In this document: one piece after another, positions 12,491 to 26,213 of the stretch
Layout of the letters: each line of letters opens with the position of its first letter
Position numbering within the stretch: the stretch's first letter is position 1
NCBI GenBank assembly: GCA_002633005.1
Contig: NMRA01000283.1
Span: 186,001 to 250,000, forward strand
Direction: 5' to 3'
Origin: Phoronis australis
Lineage: Eukaryota > Animalia > Phoronida
Length of the DNA stretch: 64,000 bases
Notes under the pieces: model-generated
The model's input: the letters and a program-made list of their open reading frames with translations, nothing else
The model's database searches: none
Told to the model about the DNA's origin: nothing
Position numbers and translations under genes: made by a program

Positions 12491-13137
12491 ATACTATAGG
12501 TATAGACATTTGCTTTTAGACTCTCTTGTTACGCTATGTTGTACCCACCACGCGCGTTTAAAGTCCTGATCTCACACGTTGTTAACCCTTATTACATGAT
12601 TAGAGGATATTATAAGGATCCAAGAAGTACCTACCCCATAATTAATATACGATCCGTACTCGAAAAAAGTTTAAATGAACGCGCCACTTACGATTCGCAT
12701 CCGAAGAACCACCGCCATTTTCAACTTGCCGCGAACCCGGAAGTACAATTCATTCAGGAACTCGGGCTAAGAAAACGCCGCCAGTGTGAATGGACGAGTG
12801 CCTTTTACCAGCCTGCAAACGGGAGAAAAATAATGGACAGCGCGCCTTAATTTTAACAACATCAAAATACGGACAATTTTATCGAATTTGCTGAAGAAAT
12901 GTTGCGAATAAATTTTGACAGAAATTATTTTGTGGGACTCGGGACCGCAGCCTATTGGACCCAGTGGGGATCGAGACAAGACACAGGCGAACGGTAAAGG
13001 CATGCGGTTGCAAGCTGTTTTGTCGAAGTAAAATGTTCAAATCATAAATGCCGTATATATTCAAAGGTAGTTTCAGATACTTGCATAAAATTACGGGCTG
13101 GTTAAACCTGTGTCACTCTGCCGCGGCAGCCCTTAGC

Positions 13138-13225
13138 TAGCCTCAGTGCCAGCTACGAGTATGAAGACTACCGTCAAAATACAGCTAGCTTGTTAGTAGG
13201 CCCATACAGCTTTGGGCCAAGGCTA
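13138..13225. mobile_element. 88-bp TAG...CTA mini-element (Academ-like)
   Basis: Termini TAGCCTCAGTGCCAGCT / AGCTTTGGGCCAAGGCTA. Flanks cccttagc / cccttaaa resemble a decayed long TSD. Confidence 0.35.
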
Positions 13226-13346
13226 CCCTTAAACCTACCTGGTCGCTGGCCACAGCGCTTACTCAAACGAGGTTTATTTAGAACTTGGGTACTTCTGGCG
13301 AACTGTGCAAAGTTGATGGCTTTCAACTGAGATTTCCCAGACTTTG

Positions 13347-13580
13347 TATAAGCGCACCAAGTTTAAAAAAATGGGGGGGCTCGAATTTTTGGGAATGTCT
13401 ATCTTTTACTATAAGATTCACTGAGTATGTTCAGAGTTATGAATTGCAGACGCTACATTTTTGTGCTTCCTGTCTTCTAGTGGAATATCGTCTCGTTTTC
13501 TACTTTTTTCGGAGTTCGTGCTTCTCTGACTGAGGCAGACCTTTTTCCATTTCTCCAAATAGGGGGCTCGTTCAAGCACA
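13347..13580 (+). mobile_element. hAT-like MITE, CATG..GCGCACCC family
   Basis: Aligns with 20305-20515 (aaaaatggggggctcga...gtctcgttttctacttttttcggagtt...ggggctcgttc). Confidence 0.7.
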
Positions 13581-16209
13581 TAAGTATGACAAGTTCAATA
13601 CAAAATGTTATCATTTGTTATTCATTAAGTCAAAATGATTCAACCTTTTAACATAATAAGTAACTTAAAATGCATAATACTTTACAACATTTAGCATTAC
13701 AAACACTATTCAACAGCAAAAGTTTCCACGACATGAAAGTGGACATACATGTAACTATTACCATGGAGACCGAATAGTGTTTCCTTACACCAGAATTTGA
13801 CAAGCATGATTGGAAGAATAATTACGAAGTTGCAAGGAACAAGAATTGGAACCTTGAAGATTCACAATCCAACATAGCTTATTTCTCAAATTAAGATTAT
13901 TGATATTTTTGACTTGATAACTTGAATTAAGAAGCAATAAGTTACAAAACATGACTTAAAAGCAATTGAGACTTAAAATTTGGAAAAATATGAATCATTT
14001 TTGGACACCTAATCAAGCCTTGAACAGCCGTTGATAGTCAAACAAAAAACCTTTTCAAAATTATTTCAACTATTTTTTTAGCTTAGTGCAAGATCACCTG
14101 AATGGGAAAATCACAGTGAAATAATTCGAATTATCTTATATTTTTGCACAAAAAACACGAAAATTGAACAAAGTTCCTTTTTTTGTAGTAACGTTTGTCA
14201 AAATGTATCAACGTTAAATCTTCACAAATTACAAAGTAACAGGTTGAACATGCCTTCCAGCTCAGCAAAAGTCGCCATGTTGTCGGTGCCGCCCGAAATG
14301 AGACGAAGTCCAACGGGAATTGTGAGCACATTTATCACTTAATGAGTAACAACTGCGAGGCTGAAATTTGGTGAACACTGTTAAATCGTGCAGAATAGTA
14401 AGTAAAGATATGTCTCACTAAATTTCACCGTAAATTGTTGGCAAAAACAATTTATACAAAGTTTTAAACTCGTAACTTTTCCCGCTGTACTCCAATGTGG
14501 ATGGCGCGATCCAAACAAAGTAACCTAAATTACGCCACAAAAATTGCAAGAACTTTACAGTGCTTGCCCCGATTTTGATACTCTTTCGATTTTTACTGAG
14601 TAGAGTGCACTACCTTTCCGATGATAGCAAAGCACTTTTTCAAAACGAGAAAAAAATCAAAACGGAAAAAATTTGTTCGACTCATATTGGTTCCTAGGTT
14701 CGACCGCCCTACGTAAGGAACTAAACGCACCAATGCTATTTTAACATAACAAGTACGCGTAACATTCCAAAAAAATCAACAACCACTAACTACAAACTAT
14801 AAATGCACTACAAACACAAACGAATAACGAGATATTACTAATAAAACAAAATAATGAAGACTTTTCGAGCAAGCGATAGCACATTCAGTTACAAGTAAAA
14901 AACGGCGGCGTTCAAGACAAGTTCCTGAACTGATGAGCCGGAAATGTGGGTACGGAAATAACCGATGACAGCCGGTATTTATACGCTCACAGAGAAGGAT
15001 CAAATACTGTTAAAAAATCTCTTTTGGCAAGAAAGGCGAAAAGATTATAAAGAAAGGGTGTCGAAAATAATATTTTATGTAGTAAGTATTTTCGGATACT
15101 GGAACCACATGGGCAGTTTGAGACCAGGACTTTAATGCCGATAAATAACATAAATGCTACTCTAATCGTCTGCGTGACACCATTCGGGCGAAGTTGGCTG
15201 GGTACGGCGTGCTGATTACGTGAAGCGCTTTGAATCGGAAGCAAATTCAAAATTATCGCTAACCTAGTTACCATCGTAGTTAGTTGTACCAGTGGCTGGA
15301 ACAATTTTTTTGTTGTTGTGTCCATCTGTATCATTGTCTGTGACCGATAGGCTGGGGCTGGACCTTTTCTGCGAACCACCCCCCCCCCCTTCCGGCTATG
15401 GTCCTGCGTGTACAAAACTTTTTTAGACTCAGTGTACTGCAGTGACCGCCAAACTTAATCCGACAAAACCTAGTTTCCCGGGATGTCAGGGATTCAGTTT
15501 ATAAATTTTGTGGGCTAGTTCACGTCAGCTCTGACGGTTGATGACAGGCGATTCCCTTGTCATTTTTATTTCTATTTTGGTGGCTACTGACAATGAAAGC
15601 GCGTATTTATAAAAGAAGTGCATGTAACAGTTATATGTACATGTAAGTTGCATGTATTTGTTGCGAATGAACTGCTGTTTTAATTTTCTGCTACAACAAA
15701 TCCTGTTCCCGTAGGAACATGCCTGTCGCCAAGTTTTTTTCATTGATAAAGATTAAGTTGGTTCAAGACGAATTCATTGATTCATTTCTGACCTGCAAAA
15801 ATTGATATCAGCACAAATACATTTTTGTCAGAAAATTTGCCTATTGAAATTGTGTGACAACTTTAAATACGCATCTCTGTTGTGTTTATAAGAAGAGTGA
15901 AGTTTTTGTTCTTATTTTTACATCATTCCTTCCAGTCATATTTGGTATAGCTCTGAAAAATGTTTGCCTCAATACATTTCAACACCGCCATGTTTAGTAG
16001 TAAAACATTGGATATTCATTGAGAAAGTTATTTTCATTGGATAAACAACACTTGGATTGAAGATTAGCAATGCTCACATTAAGCAACACCTGAAAGAAAT
16101 GGTTCTGAAATCTTAGTTTTCTTTTTCCACGTAAGAAATCCTGAACAACGAGAGGCGTTTACACTAAAATAGTAACTTGAACTGACTGTACTTCGGGAGC
16201 AAGTTTTCT

Positions 16210-16325
16210 GTTATACAGAATTTGTTGAATACACGACACTNAGTTTTGTTCAGAAAGTATGAACGCAACGGAATAAAGACCGTGAAAAATGAAAAGTGTC
16301 GTGTATTCAACAAATTCTGTATAAC
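16210..16325. mobile_element. Young foldback MITE, collapsed at an assembly gap (N at 16241)
   Basis: Perfect 31-bp inverted repeat gttatacagaatttgttgaatacacgacact (16210-16240) / 16295-16325. Confidence 0.7.
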
Positions 16326-17947
16326 TAAAATAGTAGTAAACATTTTACAGACAAATAACTTGTTTTAAAGTGTCAGTAACGAGAAACATGAGATAAAAGG
16401 TTCCAATACCAAGCTAAAGCGTCCCATTTACATGTAAATTTGACTCATGAGAGCCATGGACTTATACACCCCACGTTTGCCTTTGCAGCATATAAACGCC
16501 TCCCCTTTGTCGTGGAAATTTGTAGTATTTTAAAGGAGCGGTAAACCAGCTCCTGTAAAAAACAACCTTTGATTTGAACAGTTACTATAATCTTCTTTCT
16601 CGTACTCCCTATTCAAAATTTAAAATAATTTGATTACTGCTTCATGCCCGGCCCATTAACTTGTTTGATATGACGGGTTAGTTTCATTTGTTAAAGAAGT
16701 AGGGTCATCAAGAAAATTCCTGGCGATTTTCATTACAAGCGAAAATTCAAACAAAGGATAAGAGAGCTGGGAAGTGCTGTGATGCTGGAAAGTTGGCGTT
16801 TTCAACACCAGAACGTACTCTTAGGCGAAAGGCGGCTATGAAACCCACTTCTAATAACAAAACCAACGTTTGACTTAGGCTGTGCACCGTAATGAAATTG
16901 GTGCACATTGTCTCTATAGACAAATTACAGGTGATTTCAGGTCTCCTAAAGAGCAATGATTTCGCTATTGCTTGAAACCAGGCTTGCGTCCAGTAACGCT
17001 AGGACCTACGCTAGGACCTACTTATAATCTAGTTAAAGTCACGTGTTCTCATTTAAAATACACGGCAATATCTCACACAATATCGCGAAGTCTTTCTTTT
17101 TAGCGAGGTCCTGCTACTGAATGGGAGGCTGGCTCTACAATGTTCATTGTCACGTGCCTCCTTTTATGCGCCGACCACAGTCTCACAGGATGAGGAACCG
17201 AAAATACTTTGTTAATCCGATATTTCTTTTCATCTAAGTAAGGAACAAATTGCGACCAACCTTATGACGGTAAATAGTCTAAATCAATGGTCAACTTGTA
17301 AAAAAACTAATCAAATGCTTATTTAGTGACAATTCTTGTGGCGTTCTATTACCTTGTATAAAAATTCTCAAAGCCATGAGTCCTTTTCGGATGCAGTACA
17401 TTACAAAATATGGATTGGACAATTAATTTGATATAAATGCAAATCCCTTTTACCGCTTGCACAAAAACATCATATTAGTCTGAATATGACTGAGAACAAA
17501 TGCACTGAATTGTGCATGTCTCAATCAACATAAGTCAACGACATTCATTGGGCCCTTCATTACCAATCTTTATTTCGGTAATAAATATTTATTTATGTAA
17601 TAAATATTTGATTAATCAGTTAATCAGCGGCCAGTGATAATAATGATAATAAGTATTCATTGAATTAATAAATAAATATTTTCTTGACGTTATGTCGTAC
17701 TGTAATAATTATTTATAACGGTATTAATCATTTCTGTAATTTATATTTGTAACTATGAGTTATTCCTGGCTTCTGACTGGAGCATTACTGTTATAATTCA
17801 GGAATGGAATTATTACAGTAATAAATGAGACTTATGTAGCATTTAGCCAAAGATATGCGTAGCAGGAACGGTGGAGCCACTCACGAGGTCAGCTGCAAGC
17901 GGTAAACTCCAGCATCTCGCGAGAAACAAATCCGCCGAATCGAACGT

Positions 17948-18737
17948 TCAGCAGTGTTCGCTTGACAGTAAATTGGTTCCTTCTTGCGTGTTTTCATGAT
18001 GTGAAGGCGAATGTGTTTCGGAATTTGGTGTACGAAAAGACGTCATATTTGTCAGGACAATTGTACCATTGTTGTTCGAGTGCCGGTCTCGAAAGCAAAC
18101 TCCTTTGAATTTGAATCGCGGGCACAGCGCATGGCACATGTCCTTTGCACTTGCCTTAAAAGTGTCGTTAAGCGAAATATAAATTGTGGGATTCAGAGCA
18201 CAGTTGGAATAACCAAATACCTGGAAAAACACCCTGAGATCCCGACCGAAGTCGTGATACAGTGAAATGACATGATACATAAAATATGGGCACCAGCAAA
18301 CACCGAAGCAGAAGACAATCAATACCAACGTTAGAACGACCTTTTGTTTTTTTCTAGTGTGCATTTCGTAGCGCGCAGAGTCCTCTAAGACTTCTCCAAC
18401 AGGACCTCTAGCCCAGAGCTTGAAGGCAACCTTGCAATACATCACGGATATGATAGCCAGCGGGATCACAAAAAGCACAATTGTGATGGAGAAAGTGTAA
18501 GCGTATCTACCCCATGGGTAATTGATGTCGTCCATAACTTCTTCACACATGACGACGATCCGCAAGCTGGCGTTGTATTTTGATCCTTCGATAATGCCTC
18601 TGGTGACCACTCTCATGAAGAACGGTTGCGGAAGAATAATGAGGAACGCGAACGCCCAAAAAACGAATATGGCTATCACCGTCTGTTTCGTGGTATGTAT
18701 AACTCGAGACTTCAGAGGATGGCAAACAGCAAAGTAT
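17948..18737 (-). CDS. Terminal coding exon (DRY to stop; TM4-TM7 and C-tail) of a class A neuropeptide GPCR, QRFP/NPFF-receptor-like
   Basis: After the acceptor it reads (R)YFAVCHPLKSRV, then TM4 W..A..I..P, an ECL2 Cys, TM5 FVIPLAIISVMY, LWARGPVGE (cf. QRFPR LW.K..VGD), TM6 CWCPY and TM7 GYSNCALNPTIY..LNDTFK. The frame is open to TGA. Confidence 0.93.
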
Positions 18738-18760
18738 CTGAAACAGAAAAAGCATTTCTA
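18738..18760 (-). promoter_or_regulatory. Splice acceptor of the GPCR exon (phase-2 intron in the DRY Arg codon)
   Basis: Minus strand tgctttttctgtttcag|A TAC TTT GCT: a polypyrimidine tract and AG at the intron position common in neuropeptide GPCRs. Confidence 0.85.
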
Positions 18761-20304
18761 AAAATAATTAACACTTTCCAAAACTCAGCTTCCATTTATA
18801 ACGTCACAACAGGGGTATCGGAAATAGGTAAGTTACTTCTGGAATCTGGCAATTTGAGTGTTATGTATGAAAAACCAAAACGGGAAAAATTCCAAAATAT
18901 TTATTTTACTAGGCAGTAATTGAAATAATTTTAAAAATTGCACATTTCAGAAATAATACCCACTAGGGTAATAAATTAGAGGAAGGTCATGAAACTGATG
19001 CAAAGTACCCAGCAATGTTGCCGCGGCTATCGACAGCGCACTTCGTAACTTGGCAGTATGTAGGCAACGGCCTTGCTCTCAGCTCAAAACGTCAAGTGGG
19101 AAAACATTAACCCACGGTAATTCTTCAACAAACAAAAACAAAGACGTTTCTCCGAGATTTGCAAAGAAACACGTCGATGCAAAGAATTACCACTCGCTAA
19201 AAATGTCTACATGTATAAATTGCAGTTATTAGACAAACTAGGGCTTGACTTGTCGACATGCAGGTTCGCAATCCCACCTCCGATTTCTTAGGGCGACCCC
19301 GTAAAAATCCCACAACGTCGCCACGCTACATCCGTGCACGCACGTGAAATATTACTAGTGGTAAGCAGAGGGAAGTCGGTATCGTTCGGAAGGCTCCATC
19401 CTGTTCGCCTGCCTTAGGTGGCCAGCCAGTGAGCAGGATAATGGGACCGAGAGGGGGAAATTGGTCCTCACCGAGCACGCGAGACACTACTAACTTTCAG
19501 TTCTAGGAAAAAAAGTTATGCTAAGTTGAGCCTGCAAAACATGCTTTAAACGCGTGAAGGTTTACAATCAATGTTGTCTTAAATTTAGAGATCGGAACCG
19601 CAATAAAGGCATTAAACAGGGAGAAATGTTTTGAGCTGAAGTTTACATGTATGAGCTGAATGATGTTGACGGGAATTTATTCCAGTGTAAAGAGCATGGT
19701 GCACTAATTAATGTATTCTTTTGGTCACGTCATTACACGTCGAAGACGGATGTACAATGTATTTGCGCAAACCTAGGCTTCTCATAGCCATATTTTACAA
19801 ACTTAAAATATGCTCGACTGTTTGAGGACGAATTGACCCAAATCAATACCATGGTTCAATGTGGGTTGTATAACAAGGAGCTATATTTTGCTGTCGTTTA
19901 TGAAATGAATTAATGCAATTCAACTGCATGTATTTCCGCATACACGTGCAAAGCAGATTCCTTACAAGACGGTGAACTGTTAAGAGCTTTTCTCAAGCGT
20001 TTTGTCAGTTACCGATAAGCAGATCGATAAAATAACTATTCCGTCAGATTACTGCTCATGTTTGATTTCAAGCAGATGGTTTACATCAATTATATGTACT
20101 CGGCAACATTGATTAGACATTGGCTGCTGGTGTAAGACGTGATGGATAAATCCATATACGGATACGTGTTGTTGCATGCACATTGAAGAATGACAATGGT
20201 GACAAAAAGATTTAGGTGGACCAGGGACTCCCTCTCCATACACACCTGACCAAAAACATCCATGCATGTCATTGTTCTTCGTAAATACTTGCGTGAATTC
20301 AGCC

Positions 20305-20544
20305 TAAAAATGGGGGGCTCGAGTTTCTGATAACGTGGGCCTTTCACTAAGATTCAAGGGGTATGTTTAGAGCTATGAATTGTGCATTCACCGAATTTTT
20401 GTAGTTCTTGCCTTTTTACTGGACTTTTGTCTCGTTTTCTACTTTTTTCGGAGTTTTTGTTTCTCTGAGGAGGATTTTTTTGCCCATTTCGCCTAATGCA
20501 GGGGCTCGTTCGAGCCACCCGAGCCCTTCCTGGGTGCGCACATG
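20305..20544 (+). mobile_element. hAT-like MITE, CATG..GCGCACCC family
   Basis: Ends ctgggtgcgcacatg. Homologous to four other copies in the window. Confidence 0.7.
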
Positions 20545-21811
20545 AGTTGTCACCCCTCGCTATATCCTAGATGTATCAGTGTATACGTACAGTAGTTTCT
20601 GCATATTAAAGTAGGTTACGTGTGCCCACACTTAGAACAATCACGCAGGTGACAATAAGGTGAAATATGACTTTTGTAACTTACGATTTCGACCGGCAAC
20701 TTACATATAGTGTTTGTCATAAACCGACCACAGAGAGGACTAGAAAACTGCGTTAAGACCACTGGAGCCAATGATGGCCTTTCTAAATCATGCCACTGGC
20801 AGAGAAAATTGTTGGGAAATAACTCGTCGCGTTCTCAACGAAACGTACGACCAAAAACGTATGGTGGTCTCTATTGGCTTACACGCTTATAGAGACAAAT
20901 CGGAGTGGAACAGAATGCAAACAGCCAAACAAGGAAGTTTTCGGGCATCAAAAGTACACAATCAAATGGTCTCGCTCAGCGTGGATCTCAGTGATTCTGC
21001 TATCCTTCATTTGGCGAACTATGCTCCATCTGCCCGGGGTCCAATATTTGCACTCGAAATTTTTGTTGACATTTCCCGTTCTCCAATACAAATTCAAAAT
21101 AAATAATATATATGCAATTTTGTGTTCGAGTGTGATATAGTTTACGTGGAGGATTGTTTGCCATTGATTACTCTAAGTATAATTTAAATTCAGAATTTCG
21201 AGTTTTTATTACATGTCTCACTTTTTCATTCATGTTTGTGGCTAAAATCTAGGAGAAACAGTGCGAATTTCAAACTGTGTACACAATAATAAACCCAAGA
21301 ACACAGTTGCAGACACCTGTTTTGAGTTCCCAAAAAATTAGAACGATAAATGTCAATACTAATTTGGAGTTTGAAAGTTAGATTCAGAGCTCGAAGCAAC
21401 GGTGGTGCTAATAGTTCTTTTGCGGACAGAGAACATCTTCCAAATGTTCCGCTCACAGCCGGAAGAAAGACTCTAAGATGTAGATCTTACAAAGAGCCAA
21501 GGCAATAGTATAGACTCTCGAGATTTCTTCATATGCATAACCGCAATTGTCGAAAAGAAGACAGATTTTGACTTCTGGAAACACAGGATGCTGCAATGGA
21601 AAGTCTATTCTATTGAAAAAGCATGAAGCAATGCAGGCAGGTCCCGCACGAAGGGTTTCTACAACCCTATATGGTGTTTTGCGATTCCGGAATTTACTAA
21701 TTCGGTTGTCTCATAGACTAGAAACCGTCAGGAGTAGACAGACAGTGGTTTTAGTTCTACATGTTTCATTATCCTGTTTTTCGATTACTAGAAGATAGCA
21801 GTTGACTGACA

Positions 21812-22232
21812 TGTTCCATGAGGTCAGGCCAGTAATGATGCAAATTGGTTACAATGGAATACTAGAGAACATTCTACTAGATCCCAGCATATAACTGATT
21901 AAAATAGAACCGTAGTTTGGAACATTCTAGAGCCTAGTATATATGTGTGTAAAATACATGTAATTGGGTAGGTTCCAGAAAGTTCCAGGATGTGCTTGAA
22001 GAACTGATAAGTTCCAGAACATGTAAGCGATAATAAATACCCTGGCTCGGGTTAGTGAAAGTTATTTGAGTTGAAATAATAAGACAGGTAAAGATGCAGG
22101 CACAGTTCAAGTTACAGCTGAGTTACAGATCAGCAGTTACAGTTGGGCTTGTTAGTCACTTTAACCACACGGCTCAGATGTACCATAAACGCGACGGCTC
22201 CTAAGTTCAAATCAGACTTGATATAATTGGCG
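21812..22232 (+). mobile_element. Candidate solo LTR (Gypsy-like)
   Basis: Starts TGTTCC, contains repeated ttc(t/c)aga motifs, TATA-like and AATAAA signals, and ends TATAAT followed by a TGGCG PBS-like stub. Confidence 0.35.
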
Positions 22233-22234
22233 AA

Positions 22235-24720
22235 TTACCTAGGGAAATGCTGAAACAACAGTTTAAACGTATCTAATCTTCTGAAATCTGCAAATTTTGG
22301 GACTTGAAGTGAAACATTTATGAAATAGAATAGACCTCCGTTAGCTATAAAGAGAACAATCAAACACAATATGTAGTTCATCCTCCACAGAATCAGTGTC
22401 ACAACACAAGCAAAATCTTCCACTTACAGGATTGTTTACATAACGACCACCACTTTCCAAGAGCAATGGGAGATTTCCTGATCTAAACTGAGCCAAAAGA
22501 GCGTTCGGAACCAGATAAGTCACTGAGCTTCAAATACTGTTCAATTAAAGATTCGTGCTTATATAAAATGTAGGTTCTTAACTTGGGTTTTGTTAGAAAG
22601 ACTCAGACCAAACGTGTCTCGAGTATTCAAACAGTTTATTTCTAGCATCTACTATGTTACACGTGCTCAAATTTCGAAACCAGGATTGCATGCCAATTAC
22701 GATAAACAAACTTTTATACCATCTATCCAACCATTTCTACCAACAGAGTGCTCCCAGAGAAATACCTTTCTCAGTAACCTATCATCACCTGTGGTCACGA
22801 ATTTGTTCCAAAGACGCAAAATTTCCAATTTCAATCTGTTTCCGGTCACGTCCCACCCCATTACACCACTATGAGAATGAGTGGCAGTAAATCGGTTGAC
22901 CCCTACAGGTGTGTATATAAAAAGGCACACCTCTGTTTTGAATATTTTCATCATTACCAAATTTTTTCTAACCGAAAACAGATGACCCGCAATCCAAAAT
23001 TGGTACCACACACGAATTAAATAATATTTTAAATGATTCGAACCCTAGAGTCTTGTGAACACGAAATGTTGAGCATATCTTCCCTAAAGCTCTACCAGAA
23101 GCTTCAGATAAAATGTTCAAATTTTCTTTGAAGTTAAGGTGTGGATTCAGAATACAGCCTAAATATTTGCATGGGGATTTATAACTAATGATACTTTATA
23201 AAATAAATTCAAAATTGCTTCTAGGAATAGACTTAGCTCGAAAATGGACAATGTAATTTTTTGCCATGTTTATAACCATGGTTCACACCAGTTATTTAAA
23301 ATCTTCAACATATCTTGCATATAATTTTCATTTTCAGACAAAAGTGCAATTTCGTCGGCATCAAAAAGCACTGAAATATTATTTGAGCCATATTTGACAC
23401 CTTAACCCAAATTTTCAATTTCCAGAGATGAGTCATTCATAAATAAGGCAAAGAGTGTCAGTGATAATACGTGCCCCTGACGGACACCATTTTCAGGAGT
23501 GAACCAACCACTATACAGAGTGCCATTGAAACAGATACAGTTCAACGGATTCCCGTAAACCAAACGAATTGTATCACACGTTCTACCATTAATATTACTT
23601 TGCAGTAATTTATAAAACAGATGTTCATGGTTTTTCCAGTCAAAAGCTTTTTTCATGTCCACAAATGTCACGAATTTAGAAAGGTTAGGCGACTTTTTGT
23701 TTGAATAATTGATGACATGACTTATAATGATCAATACTGGACCGTGGACTTCGAAAGCCAATTTGCTCGTCAACTAAACTATATTTCTGTTCACAGAAAC
23801 CCACAATTCTATTATTCAACACAGTACTGAAGAGTTTTTAATTTTTTTAAAGAATACTAATGCCATGGTAGTTCAAAGGCATTCTAGGGTCGTCTGTAGG
23901 TATCGGAATTATAATTGCCTTATACCAATCAGAAGGCATTAATCCACGCTTAAAAGATTCATTAAACAACTGGGCTAGAAAAGCAACAACAGTTTCGAAT
24001 CTAAACACCTCATAAGGTATACAGTCATAGCCGACGGCTTTGTTATTCTTTGTTTTAATAACAACATTTCTAACCTAATTTAAGCCATGATCAGTTACAT
24101 TAGAACAATCATTTTGTAGCTCCTTGCTCAAATTCAAGGTTTTCAAAGAAAATTCATCATCAAACTGTATTTTCAGAACTGCATATAAATAATTGTTCGT
24201 AGTCATTTTTCCATTTATTCAGAACAAAATTTCTATCAGAGTTTGTTTTATTATTCGAATCCAAGACTTCCAGGGGAACTTCGCTAAACTGTTTTAGTCC
24301 CAGTTTTTTTAATATATGCCCAGAAATCCTTGGGATTTTAGTATTCAGGATCTCAATTTCAATATGAACCTTTAACTGGTATGAAAGTTTCGCGCATTTA
24401 ATTTTTTTGTCAAATTTATATTGAGCAAACAGAAATAATTGTTTGTAATGTGACCAATTCCCGCGTCCTCTTGGACTTTCAATGTACTTTAAATATTTTC
24501 CACAAATCGTTAAGTTTCGAATTCCAATAAGGCTGGTTCCTGTTAGCATACTTTCTTAGTTTACGACTCAGATAATAATCCTTATAATCCAGCAAGAAAT
24601 CTATTTCCTTAATTAATAAGTCAATAAATGACTGATACACTTTATCAAGTTGGTTCTGATGTTCATAGGATAACAATAATGAATCAATTAAACATAAAAA
24701 TTCTTAATTAAATGTCACAT
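22235..24720 (-). mobile_element. Decayed non-LTR retrotransposon ORF2 (RT plus C-terminal CCHC finger; RTEX-like)
   Basis: Fragments QPYWNSKL, FVDMKKAFDW, GVRQG..LS.TLF.LFMND, DADEI (degenerate YADD), LLAQFRSGNLPL..E.GRY and FCLCC..SVEDELHIVFDCSLY, with many stops and frameshifts. Confidence 0.85.
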
Positions 24721-25908
24721 TACTACTGTATTTGGACTGACGTGCATGGCAGCGTTGATACTGGTGTACTCTCGGAATTCGTGTACCCACAAAAAGTAAG
24801 CTCGACATAGTGCGTTTCTATAGTCCCCTGGTTCGTTGTTGCGAAGGTTCGATGAACCGAACTATTTCAAAAATGTTAAGAAATACAAAAATGGTTCTAC
24901 AGTCCAAAGGTTTAAATGTACGAAAATCAACACTTAGAGGTATCTATAGTCCGAGCGCTCTTATAGAAACTTCAGAATACAGGACCTTCGAACTACAGAA
25001 TACGTCAGTTGGCCATGGAGAATCTCGATACCTTAAAAGGAGCACCGTGGTACCCAAAGATTTTCTGAAATTATTGCACCATCAATTTGTAGTCCAAAAA
25101 TAGGACGTCGTTCATTGTTGGAAGTCGGTCGCCCATTAAAGTGGCAGGAGACCTTGATGAAAAATTGGAAATCTATTTACCTTTCTGTTGAATGCAAANC
25201 CTGCTCTAAAATGAACCAAAAGAGCGTTCGGAACCAGATAAGTTGAGCTTCAAATACTGTTCAATCAAAAATTCGTGCTTATATAAAATGTAGGTTCTTA
25301 ACTTAATCCAGCAAGAAATCTATTTCCTTAATTAATAAGTCAATAAATGACTGATACACTTTATCAAGTTGGTTCTGATGTTCATATAATGAATCAATTA
25401 AACATAAAAATTCTTAATTAAATGTCACATTACTACTGTATTTGGACTGACGTGCATGGCAGCGTTGATACTGGTGTACTCTCGGAATTCGTGTACCCAC
25501 AAAAAGTAAGCTCGACATAGTGCGTTTCTATAGTCCCCAGGTTCGTTGTTGCAAAGGTTCGATGAACCGAACTATTTCAAAATTGTTAAGAAATACAAAA
25601 ATGGTTCTACAGTCCAAAGGTTTAAATGTACGAAAATCAACACTTAGAGGTATCTATAGTCCATGCGCTCTTATAGAAACTTCAGAATACAGGACCTTCG
25701 ACGTACAGAATACGTCAGTTGGCCATGGAGAATCGCGATGCCTTAAAAGGAGCACCGTGGCACCCAAAAATTTTCTGAAATTATTGCGCCATCAATTTGT
25801 AGTCCAAAAATAGGACGTCGTTCATTGTTTGAAGTCGGTCGCCCATTAAAGTGGCAGGAGACCTTGATGAAAAATTGGAAATCTATTTACCTTTCTGTTG
25901 AATGCAAA
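24586..25908. repeat. Near-identical tandem duplication across the N at 25199 (probable allelic copies)
   Basis: 24586-25198 is nearly identical to 25305-25908, and 25200-25304 matches 22477-22584. Confidence 0.85.
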
Positions 25909-26134
25909 TTTCAGGACTTTATTTGTCACCTAATAATAGGCAATTTTTGCCTGCTAAAACAGCCATCGATCTTTGCCCGCAGTCATCGCGGCCTTCGCCT
26001 TCAATTGATGTCTTATTTCCTATCCAATATTTTCGCCAACTGTCAGAATATCCTTGCTGTATGCAATGTGGTAGAACTGGTTTATCGTGATAGAATAATT
26101 TTCAAAAATGACGTGAAAATACGTTTAGATTGGG

Positions 26135-26213
26135 ATGACTAGGGCTCGAACCCGCAACATTGGTTTGGTTTGGTTTTTCATTCTGGCAGCGCGCTACACC
26201 ACTATAGAGTCAC
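26135..26213 (-). other. tRNA-derived head (SINE-like or pseudo-tRNA)
   Basis: Minus strand gtgact-ctatagtggtgtagcgc...gttgcgGGTTCGAGCCC-tagtcat has A- and B-box-like motifs and pairing ends (gtgact/agtcat). Confidence 0.5.

Noticed and set aside
15290-15406. Poly-C-ended short element as another 5-bp-TSD MITE
   Set aside because: The termini match poorly and the flanking tgtac repeat is offset.
16996-17019. 12-bp direct repeat acgctaggacct x2 as an excision footprint
   Set aside because: Cannot be distinguished from a simple slippage duplication.
20049-20290. FGQVCMERESL..NNTYPY as a P2X7-ballast/KolX-like remnant
   Set aside because: Only a few residues match and the downstream motifs are absent.
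25177-25190. Minus-strand GAA AG|gtaaat (also at 25887) as the GPCR TM3 donor
   Set aside because: There is an in-frame stop a few codons upstream and no TM3-like sequence.
24810-25813. Duplicated 97-aa ORFs as a tandem gene pair
   Set aside because: They start with GTG, lie in MITE-like repeat sequence, and the duplication straddles an assembly N.
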